Source of the DNA: Verrucomicrobiota bacterium
GTDB taxonomy: Bacteria; Verrucomicrobiota; Verrucomicrobiia; Limisphaerales; CANJSG01
Length of the DNA: 27,088 bases
NCBI GenBank assembly: GCA_038209745.1
Contig: JBBQXJ010000064.1
Coordinates: 1-27,088, forward strand
Direction: 5' to 3'
Made by a program: the position numbers and the translations under genes. Below the pieces are notes generated by a model that made no database searches, was not told the DNA's origin, and saw only the letters and a program-made list of their open reading frames with translations. Within the stretch, counting starts at the first letter, position 1; each line of letters opens with the position of its first letter. Of this stretch, positions 8,527-17,771 are shown one piece after another.

Positions 8527-11500
8527 TCACGGCGTCATCGGCTCCACCGCCTCCAGCCGGATCTCCCCGAGATCAATGCCCTCCGGCGGCGCGGGATCGG
8601 GAACCGTGAAGTTGTATTGGGCAATGGCGATGGCATTGGAAGGCTCCGCGCGAACCGGCTGGCCATCCGATCCGCGCACCGGATAAACGACCACTTGGAA
8701 CGTGTAGGTGCCCGGCTGAACGTCGTCCGCCACCAGCATCCCGCTCTCTTCCCTGCAGCTAAACCGCTTGGTTTCCGGATCGAGCCGGGGGTGCCAAGAC
8801 TTCATCCCGTTTGGTTTTCCCCAGAGCTGCTTGGGCGGAAGACTTCCGGTCGTGGCGACAAATCCGACCAAATTCGCCGCTTCTCCGGAGATCGAGGCAT
8901 CCGCCGTGCTTGCCGCAATTCGAGCCACGACCCGGGAGCCGCCGCCTCCCAGCACAACCTCCGTGATCAGGCTCGATGAAATGGTGATCCGTTCGGGATT
9001 GCCCGGAGACGAACTACCGGCGGCGTGTTTCATCGGGAAGATCGACCAATCACCCGGCGGAGCCATCGGGATGACGAACCGCCCGGACTCGTCGGTCCTG
9101 GCAGCGAACCATTGCCCCGAAGGTTGAAACGGCGCGATGCCCAACGGGCGAACGCCTGCTCGTTGCAGCACGGCGCTGGCTCCAGTCACCGGTTTCCCTT
9201 TGGCCACGATTGTTCCTTCGATTCTTCCCCAGTTTTGAAGCCTCAAAGATTCGCCTCCGCGCAACTGGTCGGGAGAAAACTCCCCGTAGCCTTTCAATCC
9301 GGCGGCGACGACCAGAAGGATGCCTTCGGCGGGCACGAGATCGATCCGTCCGTTGGCATCGGTCTGAAGAACCGGCTCCGACGACGCGTTGGAATCGAAT
9401 CCGCCTGGCTTCAGGAGAAAGCGCGTGTCTGGGCGAACCATCGCTACTTGAACAAACGACGCCGGTCCGCCATCCGGATTCAAGAAGGTCAGCGTTCTTC
9501 GCGCCTGATGCGACGGCTGCAAAACCACGGGCAACCAAACATCGCCTTCGTCTCGACCGATGGCCCGGGAGAGATACGGCAAGAAGCCCTCGGCCTCGAT
9601 CTGCACGAACCACGGCGGCGACGGTTCATCCCCGAAGGACGGGCTCTCCATCTGCTTGTCGAAACGTCCGCCCACGAACCTGTCGAAGGAAACTGCGCGC
9701 AGGTTGGTCGTGACGTTCATCTCCAGGATCTGAACTTCGCTGACGGCGAGCCTGAACTCGGGAACCAGCTCTCGGGTAGCCGCCGACCTGACTTCTCCGC
9801 GCAGCCGCAGTGCCGGGCTCAACTTGACCGTATGCTCCTGGTCATCCGCTTGAACCATCCAAGCCATTCGCCCGGCATAGCCGGAAGCCCGGATATCGAA
9901 ACTGAGTTTGCCAGCCGGGGCGTTGCTCCAGACCACCAACCCGTCCCCGTCCGTCTGCCGTTCGAACTGGGCCTGCACCTTGCTTGCTCCAGGATGGTCG
10001 TTGACGCAGTCATACCAAAGCATCGCCCCAAGAATCGGGGCTCCGTCGCGGTCCGTGACTCTGACCCGCAGCGTATTTCCTGTCGTGAGGACCAGATTCA
10101 CGGCGGGCATGTCTTTCGTCACTTTCACTTCCAGAGTCGTCGGGCTGAACCCGGAAAGGGTTGCCGTCACCAGGCTGCCACCGACACCGCAGCGGGGAAT
10201 CTCGAAGTGGCCGTCCATATCTGCCGTGCCCTTACGCTGCGACGAACCAAACCTGCTTTTGATCTGGATTCCCGCGTTGGGAACGGGGCGACCTTCGGTA
10301 TCAACCACCGCCCCGACGACATTCACGCCATCCGCGTTCAGCACGAAGCGATGGTTCAACGCTGTGAGCAAGAGAAGCTGATCCATCTCCTTACCCAGAC
10401 AGAGTGAAGCTTCAGAAACGTAGTCCTGATGGGTGGCCGACAAACAGAGACGGGGCAGGAGATCCGAGGCGATTCGGTTAATCTGCCAGCGCCCCGCGAC
10501 GTCGGACTCAACACCGTCGGACAAAATTTCATGGCTTTCCGGCCCGCGAAGATCGATTCGATCAGCGCCAAAATTGAACACGATTCTCGCCCGTGGAATC
10601 GGTGCGCCCTGGTCGTCCACTACGATGCCGCCAATCGTCTCCGCCGGAGCGAGCCGCAGCGTGTAGTCCAGAGGGATGAACTCGCCGCTCTTCGGCGTCC
10701 ATTTCAGGCGGGTGTCGGCGAGGCCGTCGATGCGGGTGGTGACTTCGAGATCGGTGATGGCGATCGGATAGTAGACGCGCGCATAGCCGTTGGTGTCGGA
10801 ATGGTAGGTCTTGTCGTTGAACTTCCCGCCTTCCCAGCCCCGTAACTCGATCTTGCCGCCGGTCACGGGTTTGTCGGTGGCGGCGTCCACCAGATAGAGC
10901 AGCAGCTTCAGTTGGCCGGCGGTGTCCTCCTCGGCCGATGCGGCTGCGCCCTTCTGGTCTCCGCCAGACACGGAGCTACCGGGTGACCTTGTCGCTGCGG
11001 CGATGTCCGCCGATGGAGTCGGGACAGAAGCCAGACGGGTCGAATCGGAGCCTCGGTGTTGGATCGCCACCGAAGCCACGATGGCCGCGATCCCAACCAT
11101 CAAAACCACCTTCGCCGGCCATCCCAAGAACCACGCCAACAGTCCGCCGCTCACGGCCGTGGCGGCGGCTTTCAACGCGGCGCCCGTGACTTCGGCCGCG
11201 AGCTGGACCGGCGGCGAGGCCGAAGCCAGGTCGATCAGCAGCGCCGCCAACGCCGCAGCGGTGGCGGAGGTGACGCCGCGCTTGGCGAGCAGGCCCCGGA
11301 GCTTGTCCAGCGCCCGGTCCACCCGCTTCCGCGCGGCGTCTTCGCCCACTCCCAGTCGGGAACCCACCTCGCCCAGCGAAAGCTTCTCGAAGAACCGCAG
11401 CAACACCGCCTCGCGGTCGGTCTCCGGCAGTTCATGCAGGGCGGTGTCGAGGATCGGGCTCATCTCCTCCCATGCAGCGGTGTCGTCCGTCGGGTTCATG

Positions 11501-11814
11501 GCGAGGGCGGTGGTTTCTCTGAGAAGACGCCGCTCGTCGCTCCGTCGCACGTTGATCGCCTGGTAGCGCGTGGTCGTGTGGAGCCAACCGGCCAAAGATC
11601 CACGCTTTCGCAGGCGATCCGCATCCCGGGCCAACGCGGCGAAGACGAGCTGGGTCACGTCTTCGGCCGAGGCAGCGCCGCCGCCGAGCTGGCGCAGGGC
11701 GGCGGAATAGACCAGCCCGAGGTGGCGGCGGACCAGTTGGCCGAACGCGGCCTCGGTTCCATCGACGGCATACGAGGTCAGCAGCTCGGAATCAGTGGGC
11801 TCAATGGGCGTCAT
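8527..11814 (-). CDS. ECF-type sigma-70 factor fused to a TM helix and multiple carboxypeptidase-regulatory-like beta-sandwich repeats
   Basis: Sigma region 2 (DSELL..Y...EAAFGQLVRRHLGLVYSAALRQL..AEDVTQLVF..LAGWL) and region 4 (LPETDREAVLLRFFEKLSLGEVGSRLGVGEDAARKRVDRALDKLR). A hydrophobic helix (VVLMVGIAAIVASVAI) follows, then repeated G.VVD..G.P[IV]..A.[IV] motifs. Confidence 0.9.
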   Translation of the reverse strand: MTPIEPTDSELLTSYAVDGTEAAFGQLVRRHLGLVYSAALRQLGGGAASAEDVTQLVFAALARDADRLRKRGSLAGWLHTTTRYQAINVRRSDERRLLRETTALAMNPTDDTAAWEEMSPILDTALHELPETDREAVLLRFFEKLSLGEVGSRLGVGEDAARKRVDRALDKLRGLLAKRGVTSATAAALAALLIDLASASPPVQLAAEVTGAALKAAATAVSGGLLAWFLGWPAKVVLMVGIAAIVASVAIQHRGSDSTRLASVPTPSADIAAATRSPGSSVSGGDQKGAAASAEEDTAGQLKLLLYLVDAATDKPVTGGKIELRGWEGGKFNDKTYHSDTNGYARVYYPIAITDLEVTTRIDGLADTRLKWTPKSGEFIPLDYTLRLAPAETIGGIVVDDQGAPIPRARIVFNFGADRIDLRGPESHEILSDGVESDVAGRWQINRIASDLLPRLCLSATHQDYVSEASLCLGKEMDQLLLLTALNHRFVLNADGVNVVGAVVDTEGRPVPNAGIQIKSRFGSSQRKGTADMDGHFEIPRCGVGGSLVTATLSGFSPTTLEVKVTKDMPAVNLVLTTGNTLRVRVTDRDGAPILGAMLWYDCVNDHPGASKVQAQFERQTDGDGLVVWSNAPAGKLSFDIRASGYAGRMAWMVQADDQEHTVKLSPALRLRGEVRSAATRELVPEFRLAVSEVQILEMNVTTNLRAVSFDRFVGGRFDKQMESPSFGDEPSPPWFVQIEAEGFLPYLSRAIGRDEGDVWLPVVLQPSHQARRTLTFLNPDGGPASFVQVAMVRPDTRFLLKPGGFDSNASSEPVLQTDANGRIDLVPAEGILLVVAAGLKGYGEFSPDQLRGGESLRLQNWGRIEGTIVAKGKPVTGASAVLQRAGVRPLGIAPFQPSGQWFAARTDESGRFVIPMAPPGDWSIFPMKHAAGSSSPGNPERITISSSLITEVVLGGGGSRVVARIAASTADASISGEAANLVGFVATTGSLPPKQLWGKPNGMKSWHPRLDPETKRFSCREESGMLVADDVQPGTYTFQVVVYPVRGSDGQPVRAEPSNAIAIAQYNFTVPDPAPPEGIDLGEIRLEAVEPMTP

Positions 11815-11964
11815 CTCGTATCTGTATTCCCCGCATTCGGGAGAAACCGGACAACGAAAGTGTGGCCGCCCGCCCGGTCATTGCGCCGAAAAAAAATGGG
11901 GTGGCCCGGGGTTTCTCCGATTCAGCCTCCGCACGCGCCCGCCAATTCCCGTTGAAATCCCTGA

Positions 11965-11994
11965 TTGGCGTCCCAACCGGCGGTTCCTTAGGCT
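11965..11994 (+). promoter_or_regulatory. Putative sigma-70 promoter for cobA-hemD (likely leaderless or very short leader)
   Basis: TTGGCG (11965-11970), 18-nt spacer, TAGGCT (11989-11994), 9 nt before the TTG start. No Shine-Dalgarno sequence in between. Confidence 0.35.
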
Positions 11995-12003
11995 GCGCCC
12001 ATC

Positions 12004-13521
12004 TTGAAAGCCAAAGGCATCGTTTATCTCGTCGGGGCCGGCCCCGGGGACGCAGGACTCCTGACCGTCCGTGGCGCCGAACTCATCGCCCGCGCGGACG
12101 TCCTCGTCTATGACGCGCTGGTCAACCCGGACCTGCTCCGGCTCGCGCCCAAGACGGCCGAGATCATCTACGGCGGCAAGCGCGCCAAAGCCCACGCCAT
12201 TCCGCAGGACGAGCTCAACCAACTCCTCGTCAAGAAGGCCAAGGCCGGCAAGATCGTCGTCCGGCTCAAAGGCGGCGATCCCTACATCTTCGGCCGTGGC
12301 GGCGAGGAGGCCGAAGAGATCGCCGCCGCCGGCATCGCCTTCGAGGTCGTTCCCGGCATTTCCTCCACCTTCGCCGCTCCGAACTACGCCGGTATTCCCG
12401 TCACCCATCGCGATTTCTGCTCCTCCTACACCGTCGTGACGGGTCACGAAGACCCGACCAAGGACGAGTCGGCCATCGACTGGGCCGCGCTGGCCAAAAC
12501 GCCCGGCACCAAGATCGTGCTCATGGGCGTGGAGCGGATCCGCCAGATCGCCGCGAAGCTCGTCGAGAACGGTCTCCCCGCCAAGACGCCCGTCGCCATG
12601 GTCCGCTGGGGCACCACCGGCCGGCAGAAGACGATCACCGGCACGTTGGCCACCATCGCCGACGTGGTGGAGGAGACCGGCTTCACCGCGCCCGCCGTCA
12701 CCATCATTGGCGGCGTCGTGGACCTTCGGAAGAAGTTGAACTGGTTCGAGAAACGTCCCCTCTTCGGCCAGCGCATCGTCGTGACCCGCACCCGCGACCA
12801 GGCCAGCCAGCTCTCCCGGCAACTGCAGGAGCGGGGGGCCGAGGTGCTGGAGATTCCGACCATCAAGATCGAGCAGCCCGAAGAACGCGTCGCCTTGGCC
12901 GAGGCCTTCGCCGATCTCGGCCAGTGCAACTGGATCGTCTTCACCAGCCCCAACGGCGTGACCACGTTCTTCGAATACTTCTTCCGCGTCCACGACGACA
13001 TCCGGGCCCTGGGCTTCATCCGCTTCGCGGCCGTCGGGCCCGCCACCGCCGCCAAGCTCCACGAGCTCCGGCTCAGGGTGGACGCCATGCCCGAGGAATA
13101 CGTCGCGGCCAAGGTCGCCGAAGCCATGTCCAAGGTGGAAACGATGGAGAACCTCCGCGTGCTGATCCTCCGCGCCGAAGTCGCCAGTTCCGAGCTGCCG
13201 AAGCAGCTGGAGGATTTGGGCGCCATCGTGGACGACGTGGCCTGCTACCGCACGGTGCCCGAGACGGACGACGTGACCGGCGCCGCGGCGAAGTTCGTGG
13301 AAGAGGGCGCCGACTGGGTCACCTTCACCAGCGCCTCGACCGTGGAGAACTTCCACGCCCGTTTCAACCTGCCCGAGACGCTGAAGAAGTTTCCCGACCT
13401 AAAGCTCCTCTCCATCGGACCCGAGACCAGCAAGGCGATCAAAACCCTCGGCCTTGAACCCACTTTGGAAGCCAAGGCCCACAACATCGACGGCATGGTG
13501 GCGGCGCTGGAGAAGGCCTAG
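12004..13521 (+). CDS. cobA: Bifunctional uroporphyrinogen-III C-methyltransferase / uroporphyrinogen-III synthase (CobA-HemD fusion)
   Basis: VYLVGAGPGDAGLLT, YDALV, VRLKGGDPYIFGRGGEE, VPGISS and AGIPVTHR, then the linker WFEKRPLFGQRIVVTR. HemD motifs FTSPNGV, VGPATA, FTSASTV and SIGPETS follow. TTG start. Confidence 0.94.
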   Translation: MKAKGIVYLVGAGPGDAGLLTVRGAELIARADVLVYDALVNPDLLRLAPKTAEIIYGGKRAKAHAIPQDELNQLLVKKAKAGKIVVRLKGGDPYIFGRGGEEAEEIAAAGIAFEVVPGISSTFAAPNYAGIPVTHRDFCSSYTVVTGHEDPTKDESAIDWAALAKTPGTKIVLMGVERIRQIAAKLVENGLPAKTPVAMVRWGTTGRQKTITGTLATIADVVEETGFTAPAVTIIGGVVDLRKKLNWFEKRPLFGQRIVVTRTRDQASQLSRQLQERGAEVLEIPTIKIEQPEERVALAEAFADLGQCNWIVFTSPNGVTTFFEYFFRVHDDIRALGFIRFAAVGPATAAKLHELRLRVDAMPEEYVAAKVAEAMSKVETMENLRVLILRAEVASSELPKQLEDLGAIVDDVACYRTVPETDDVTGAAAKFVEEGADWVTFTSASTVENFHARFNLPETLKKFPDLKLLSIGPETSKAIKTLGLEPTLEAKAHNIDGMVAALEKA

Positions 13522-13692
13522 GGCATGAGCCATTTCGATCCTAAACCGAACAAATCGTGAGGATCCCCCAAGCTATGTGGGGCAACGATGGAGGGCATGT
13601 CGCCAATACCTGCGCTTGACCCGCCTCCCCCGGCCTTGGATGAATCCAGCACCACCGCCCAACGTCATTTCACAGGTCACCCTATCCAATCC

Positions 13693-14568
13693 ATGAAACG
13701 CAGACTCCTCACCACCCTCCTCGTCGCCGTCCCCGTGGCGATTGCCACGCTCATCGGCTGCGCCACTGCGACAGCGGCGCCCAAGCGCGCCCTGCTCGTC
13801 ACCACCACCACCGGCTTCCGCCACAGCTCCATCGGCACGGCCGAACAGGTCATCGCCAAGATCGCGAAGGATTCCGGAGCCTTCACCATCGCGGCCGTGG
13901 CCAGCGTCTCGCCACCCCATGATCCCGGCCGGAACGCGAGCGACGAGCAGAAGGTCGACTTCAAGAAAGCCCAGGCCTCCTACAACGACGACATCGCGGC
14001 GACCTTGGCGAAGACCATGAGCCCGGCCGCGTTGAAGAACTACGATCTGATCATCTTCGCCAACACCACCGGCGACCTTCCCCTGCCCGACAAGGAAGCC
14101 TTCATGCAGTGGATCAAGAACGGCGGCGCGTTTGTCGGTATGCACAGCGCCAGCGACACCTTCCACGGCTTCCGCCCCTACATCGACATGCTCGGCGGCG
14201 AGTTCAAGACCCACGGCGCCCAGGTCGTGGTAAACTGCATCAACGAAGATCCGCAACATCCCGCCACGAAGCCCTTCGGCGCCAGCTGGGACATCCACGG
14301 CAAGAAGGAGGAGATCTACGAGTTCAAGTCGTTCGACGAGAAATCCGTCCATGCCCTCCTCATGCTGGCCAAGCATCCCCAACGGGACGAGGCGGGCCGT
14401 TTCCCCGTCTCCTGGTGCAAGATGTACGGCAAGGGGAAGGTCTTCTACACCTCGCTCGGCCATAACGAATACGTCTGGGAAATGCCCGAGTATCAGGCGC
14501 ACATCCTTGGCGGCATCGAGTGGGCGACCGGCCTGGCAAAAGGCAGCGCCGAACCGCAGCTGAAGTGA
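13693..14568 (+). CDS. Secreted (possibly lipoprotein) ThuA-like domain protein
   Basis: Signal peptide with a possible lipobox (MKRRLLTTLLVAVPVAIATLIG-C). ThuA-like motifs TTGFRHSSI, FANTTG, GGAFVGMHSASDT, LGGEFKTH, EEIY, PVSW...GKGKVFYTSLGH and GGIEWA. ATG 13693 preferred over 13588. Confidence 0.85.
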   Translation: MKRRLLTTLLVAVPVAIATLIGCATATAAPKRALLVTTTTGFRHSSIGTAEQVIAKIAKDSGAFTIAAVASVSPPHDPGRNASDEQKVDFKKAQASYNDDIAATLAKTMSPAALKNYDLIIFANTTGDLPLPDKEAFMQWIKNGGAFVGMHSASDTFHGFRPYIDMLGGEFKTHGAQVVVNCINEDPQHPATKPFGASWDIHGKKEEIYEFKSFDEKSVHALLMLAKHPQRDEAGRFPVSWCKMYGKGKVFYTSLGHNEYVWEMPEYQAHILGGIEWATGLAKGSAEPQLK

Positions 14569-14660
14569 TCCCGACCCAGGAACAGCAACGGCCGCCGGCA
14601 GATGTCGGCGGTCGTTTTCATTTGGTCGCCCGTCGGTTGAATGCTATCCGTCCCACCACC

Positions 14661-15353
14661 ATGTCGAGCCCGCCGCCCATCCTTGATCTGAAGAACGTCA
14701 ACAAGGTCTACCCCTCCGCGGGTGAAGCCCCCGTGGAGGTTCTGCGCGACATCGACCTGACCCTCGAAGCCGGCTCCTCGACCGCCATCGTCGGCCCTTC
14801 CGGCTCGGGCAAGAGCACCCTCCTCCAGATCATCGGCACCCTCGACCGCGCCACCAGCGGCACGGTGCGGATCGCTGGGCAGGATGTCGCCGGCCTCTCC
14901 GACGACCAGCTCGCGGAGCTGCGCAGCCGGATGATCGGCTTCGTCTTCCAGATGCATCATCTGCTCCCGCACTGCACCGCGCTGGAGAACGTCCTCGTGC
15001 CCGTCCTCGCCAATTCCAAGCCCGGCAAGGACACCGTGGAACGCGCCAGAAAGCTGCTGGACCGGGTCGGCCTTTCCCATCGGCTCAACCATCTCCCCGG
15101 GCAGATGTCCGGCGGCGAACGCCAGCGCACCGCCATTGTCCGCGCCCTGATCAACCAACCCAAATTATTGCTGGCCGATGAACCGACCGGCGCCTTGGAC
15201 CGCGCGTCCGCCGAAGCACTGGCCGTTCTATTGGCCGAATTGAACCGCGAAGAAAAGGTCACCCTGATCGTCGTGACCCATGCGCCGGAGCTGGCCGCCA
15301 CCATGGACCGCACCCTCCGCATCGAGGACGGACGGCTGCTGCCGACGGAATGA
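14661..15353 (+). CDS. ABC transporter ATP-binding protein (LolD/MacB-like)
   Basis: Walker A GPSGSGKST, Q-loop GFVFQ, signature MSGGERQR, Walker B LLLADEPTG and H-loop VTH. ATG at 14661. Confidence 0.92.
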   Translation: MSSPPPILDLKNVNKVYPSAGEAPVEVLRDIDLTLEAGSSTAIVGPSGSGKSTLLQIIGTLDRATSGTVRIAGQDVAGLSDDQLAELRSRMIGFVFQMHHLLPHCTALENVLVPVLANSKPGKDTVERARKLLDRVGLSHRLNHLPGQMSGGERQRTAIVRALINQPKLLLADEPTGALDRASAEALAVLLAELNREEKVTLIVVTHAPELAATMDRTLRIEDGRLLPTE

Positions 15354-15436
15354 CCGGGTCACGACTTGCCGGCGCGTCCCGCCGAATGACACTGCTCGCC
15401 TTGTTCTCCCGAACCACCGTCGCTAAGCTCAGGCCC

Positions 15437-17374
15437 ATGTTTTTCCGGGTCGTCCGCCCCGCCCTGATTCTGTTGGTCCTTTGTCTTGTCGCGATGCCGG
15501 CGACGGCCGCGGCCGCACCCGAAGATCTCCTGCCCGACGACACGCTCGCCTTCGTCACCGCCCCGGACTTCGCCACCCTCCGGTCTCTTCTGACGAACGC
15601 CCCGCAAACCGCCTATTGGCGGGATCCGGCGATGAAGGCCTTTCGCGGCCACTTCACCGACTCGGCCGAGACCCAGTTCGTCCAGCCCCTCCAATCGCTT
15701 CTCGGTTTCGATCCCTTCACTTTCGCCGATCTCATCCGAGGCCAGGCCACTCTCGCTCTTCTGCAAAACGGATGGAACGGCACCAACAATATTCGGCCCG
15801 CATTGGTCCTCGTGGCGGACGTGGGTGGCGCCACCAACACGCTGGCGAAGAAGATTCGATTCCTCGCCAAGGAATGGACGGATCAGGGCCGGCCCTTCCA
15901 GACGAACCTGGTCCACGGCCTTCCCTTTCTCATCTGGAGCGCAAACGAGCCCGATCTGCCCAAATTGATCGGGCCGCCCGCACCCAAGAATCCCGCCGCC
16001 ACCAACGCGAACCAGCTCACGTTTGCGCTCGGTCAATCGGGCTCTTTGCTCCTGCTCTCGACCTCGGTGACCGGCGTCGAGAGCATCCTACGACTCCAGT
16101 CCGGTGACGGCTCAAAGCCGATCGCCGCCCACCCTGAGATCCAAGGTCCGCGCACCAAGCTCTTCGCCGGTGCGGCGCTCTATGCTTGGGCCGATCCTGT
16201 GCGGATCCTCCCTCCCCTGCTCCGGATGGCCTCAAGCGGCGAGACCGTCTTCAGCCCAGACACGTTGGTTCGCTTCTTTGGGCTGGGCTCGCTCAAGAGC
16301 GCGGCCCTCGCGGTCCACTATGACGCCGTCGGCACCCGGATCGACATCGCCGTGGCGTCCCCGGTCGGCGAGCGTTCGGGCCTGTTGAAATTCTCCGGAA
16401 TCAAGGGCGAAGAGAGCGCTCCACCCGCGATCATTCCGGAATCGGTCCTCGGAGTTTCCCGTCTGCGAATCGATCTCAAAGCGCTCGTGACCGGAATCGA
16501 GAAGTTCGTCGTCGACGCCGAACCGGCCGCCAACGGCGCGATCGAGCTCATCGTGGGAACGGCCGGCAAGGACGAAGACCCCGACTATGATCTGCGCCAT
16601 GGACTGCTGGACAATCTCGGCACCGACGTCGTCGTCTACCAACCCCTCCCGGTCGGAAACACGGTGGAGAATCTCCTACTACCCACCAAGGTCGTCCTCA
16701 TCGCCTCGCCGGCTTCCGGCCGCCTCGCGAACGCCGCCCGCGTGCTGGCCGACACGCTCAGCCCCGAACGCGGCTCCGTCACCAACCGGATGTTTGGAGA
16801 GACCCGGATCTACCACCTAAAATCCGTCGGCGGCGACGAAGAAGGAGGCGGCATTGGCTTTGTCGCCGTGCCCGGATACGTGGCGTTCAGCTCGGACGAA
16901 GCCCTCCTCGAAGCCCTGGTGAAATCCGCCCAGACCAAGGCTCCGTCCCTCGCCGATCATCCCGGCCTCAAACAAGCCGCCGATCTGGTCGGCGGATGGA
17001 ACACGGGATGGTTCACCTACCAGAACCAACGCGAAGAACTGCGGCTGGAGTTGGCCGGGGTGAAGCGTCTTGTCGACGAACCTGTCGACCTCACTCTTCT
17101 GGGCCGATTGTGGCTGTTGCTGAACTCCGGTGATTCGAATCGCCCGCCCCTCTTCGACTACAAGCTCCATCCCCCGTTCGACGCGGTGTCCAAGTATCTT
17201 GGATTCTCCGTCGCTGCGGGCCAGATGACGGACGAGGGCTTCAGTTTCCGAGTCTTCACCCCCGCCCCGCCCGCATCCGCCCTCATTGCTCCGGCTCCCG
17301 TTCCTAGTCCAGTTCCTCCCGCTGTTTCGGCTCCGGCGCAGCCCGTGCCGGCACCCACGCCGCCGCAACAATAG
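15437..17374 (+). CDS. Secreted hypothetical protein (DUF3352-like start) with a Pro/Ala-rich C-terminal tail
   Basis: Long ORF with a signal peptide (MFFRVVRPALILLVLCLVAMPATAAAA), then PEDLLPDDTLAFVTAPD, and a tail PAPPASALIAPAPVPSPVPPAVSAPAQPVPAPTPPQQ. The family assignment is from recollection only. Confidence 0.7.
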   Translation: MFFRVVRPALILLVLCLVAMPATAAAAPEDLLPDDTLAFVTAPDFATLRSLLTNAPQTAYWRDPAMKAFRGHFTDSAETQFVQPLQSLLGFDPFTFADLIRGQATLALLQNGWNGTNNIRPALVLVADVGGATNTLAKKIRFLAKEWTDQGRPFQTNLVHGLPFLIWSANEPDLPKLIGPPAPKNPAATNANQLTFALGQSGSLLLLSTSVTGVESILRLQSGDGSKPIAAHPEIQGPRTKLFAGAALYAWADPVRILPPLLRMASSGETVFSPDTLVRFFGLGSLKSAALAVHYDAVGTRIDIAVASPVGERSGLLKFSGIKGEESAPPAIIPESVLGVSRLRIDLKALVTGIEKFVVDAEPAANGAIELIVGTAGKDEDPDYDLRHGLLDNLGTDVVVYQPLPVGNTVENLLLPTKVVLIASPASGRLANAARVLADTLSPERGSVTNRMFGETRIYHLKSVGGDEEGGGIGFVAVPGYVAFSSDEALLEALVKSAQTKAPSLADHPGLKQAADLVGGWNTGWFTYQNQREELRLELAGVKRLVDEPVDLTLLGRLWLLLNSGDSNRPPLFDYKLHPPFDAVSKYLGFSVAAGQMTDEGFSFRVFTPAPPASALIAPAPVPSPVPPAVSAPAQPVPAPTPPQQ

Positions 17375-17393
17375 GTCCGCCGACCGAAAGTCC

Positions 17394-17771
17394 TCACCGC
17401 ATCCCATCCGCCCGGGCGAAGGCGAATTCCTCCACCAAGCGCCCGCCGATGAGATGCTCCTGGATGATCCGCTCCAGCACGGCGGGCGAACATCCGTGAT
17501 ACCAGACGCCATCCGGATACACGACCGCCACCGGCCCGCGCAGACAGACACGGAGGCAATTGGCCTTGGTCCGGAAGATCTGGTTGGGTCCAGCGGCGAG
17601 GCCCAGCTCCTTGAGTCGACGTTTGAGAAACTCCCAGGATTCCAGCCCCGCTTCCATCGCGCAGCACTTGGCCTCGGATTGGTCCGCGCAGAGGAAGATG
17701 TGGCGCTGGTAGGTTTCCAGACCGAGGGACTGGGCGGCGAGTTGGAGATCCGGATCGATCACAAGGGACAC
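17394..17771 (-). CDS. Thioredoxin-like [2Fe-2S] ferredoxin
   Basis: [15 protein letters not shown]...[25 protein letters not shown]...[16 protein letters not shown] at 17771 shares one base with the upstream TAG (TAGTG); an alternative GTG is at 17762. The track extension to 18017 lies inside the PafA-like gene. Confidence 0.87.
   Translation of the reverse strand: MSLVIDPDLQLAAQSLGLETYQRHIFLCADQSEAKCCAMEAGLESWEFLKRRLKELGLAAGPNQIFRTKANCLRVCLRGPVAVVYPDGVWYHGCSPAVLERIIQEHLIGGRLVEEFAFARADGMR

Noticed and set aside
6817..8979. 720-aa plus-strand ORF
   Set aside because: Antisense shadow of pgi and the ECF gene end.
11878..13356. 492-aa minus-strand ORF
   Set aside because: Antisense shadow of cobA-hemD.
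12004..13521. CobA-HemD fusion as a novelty
   Set aside because: This fusion is well known in many bacteria.
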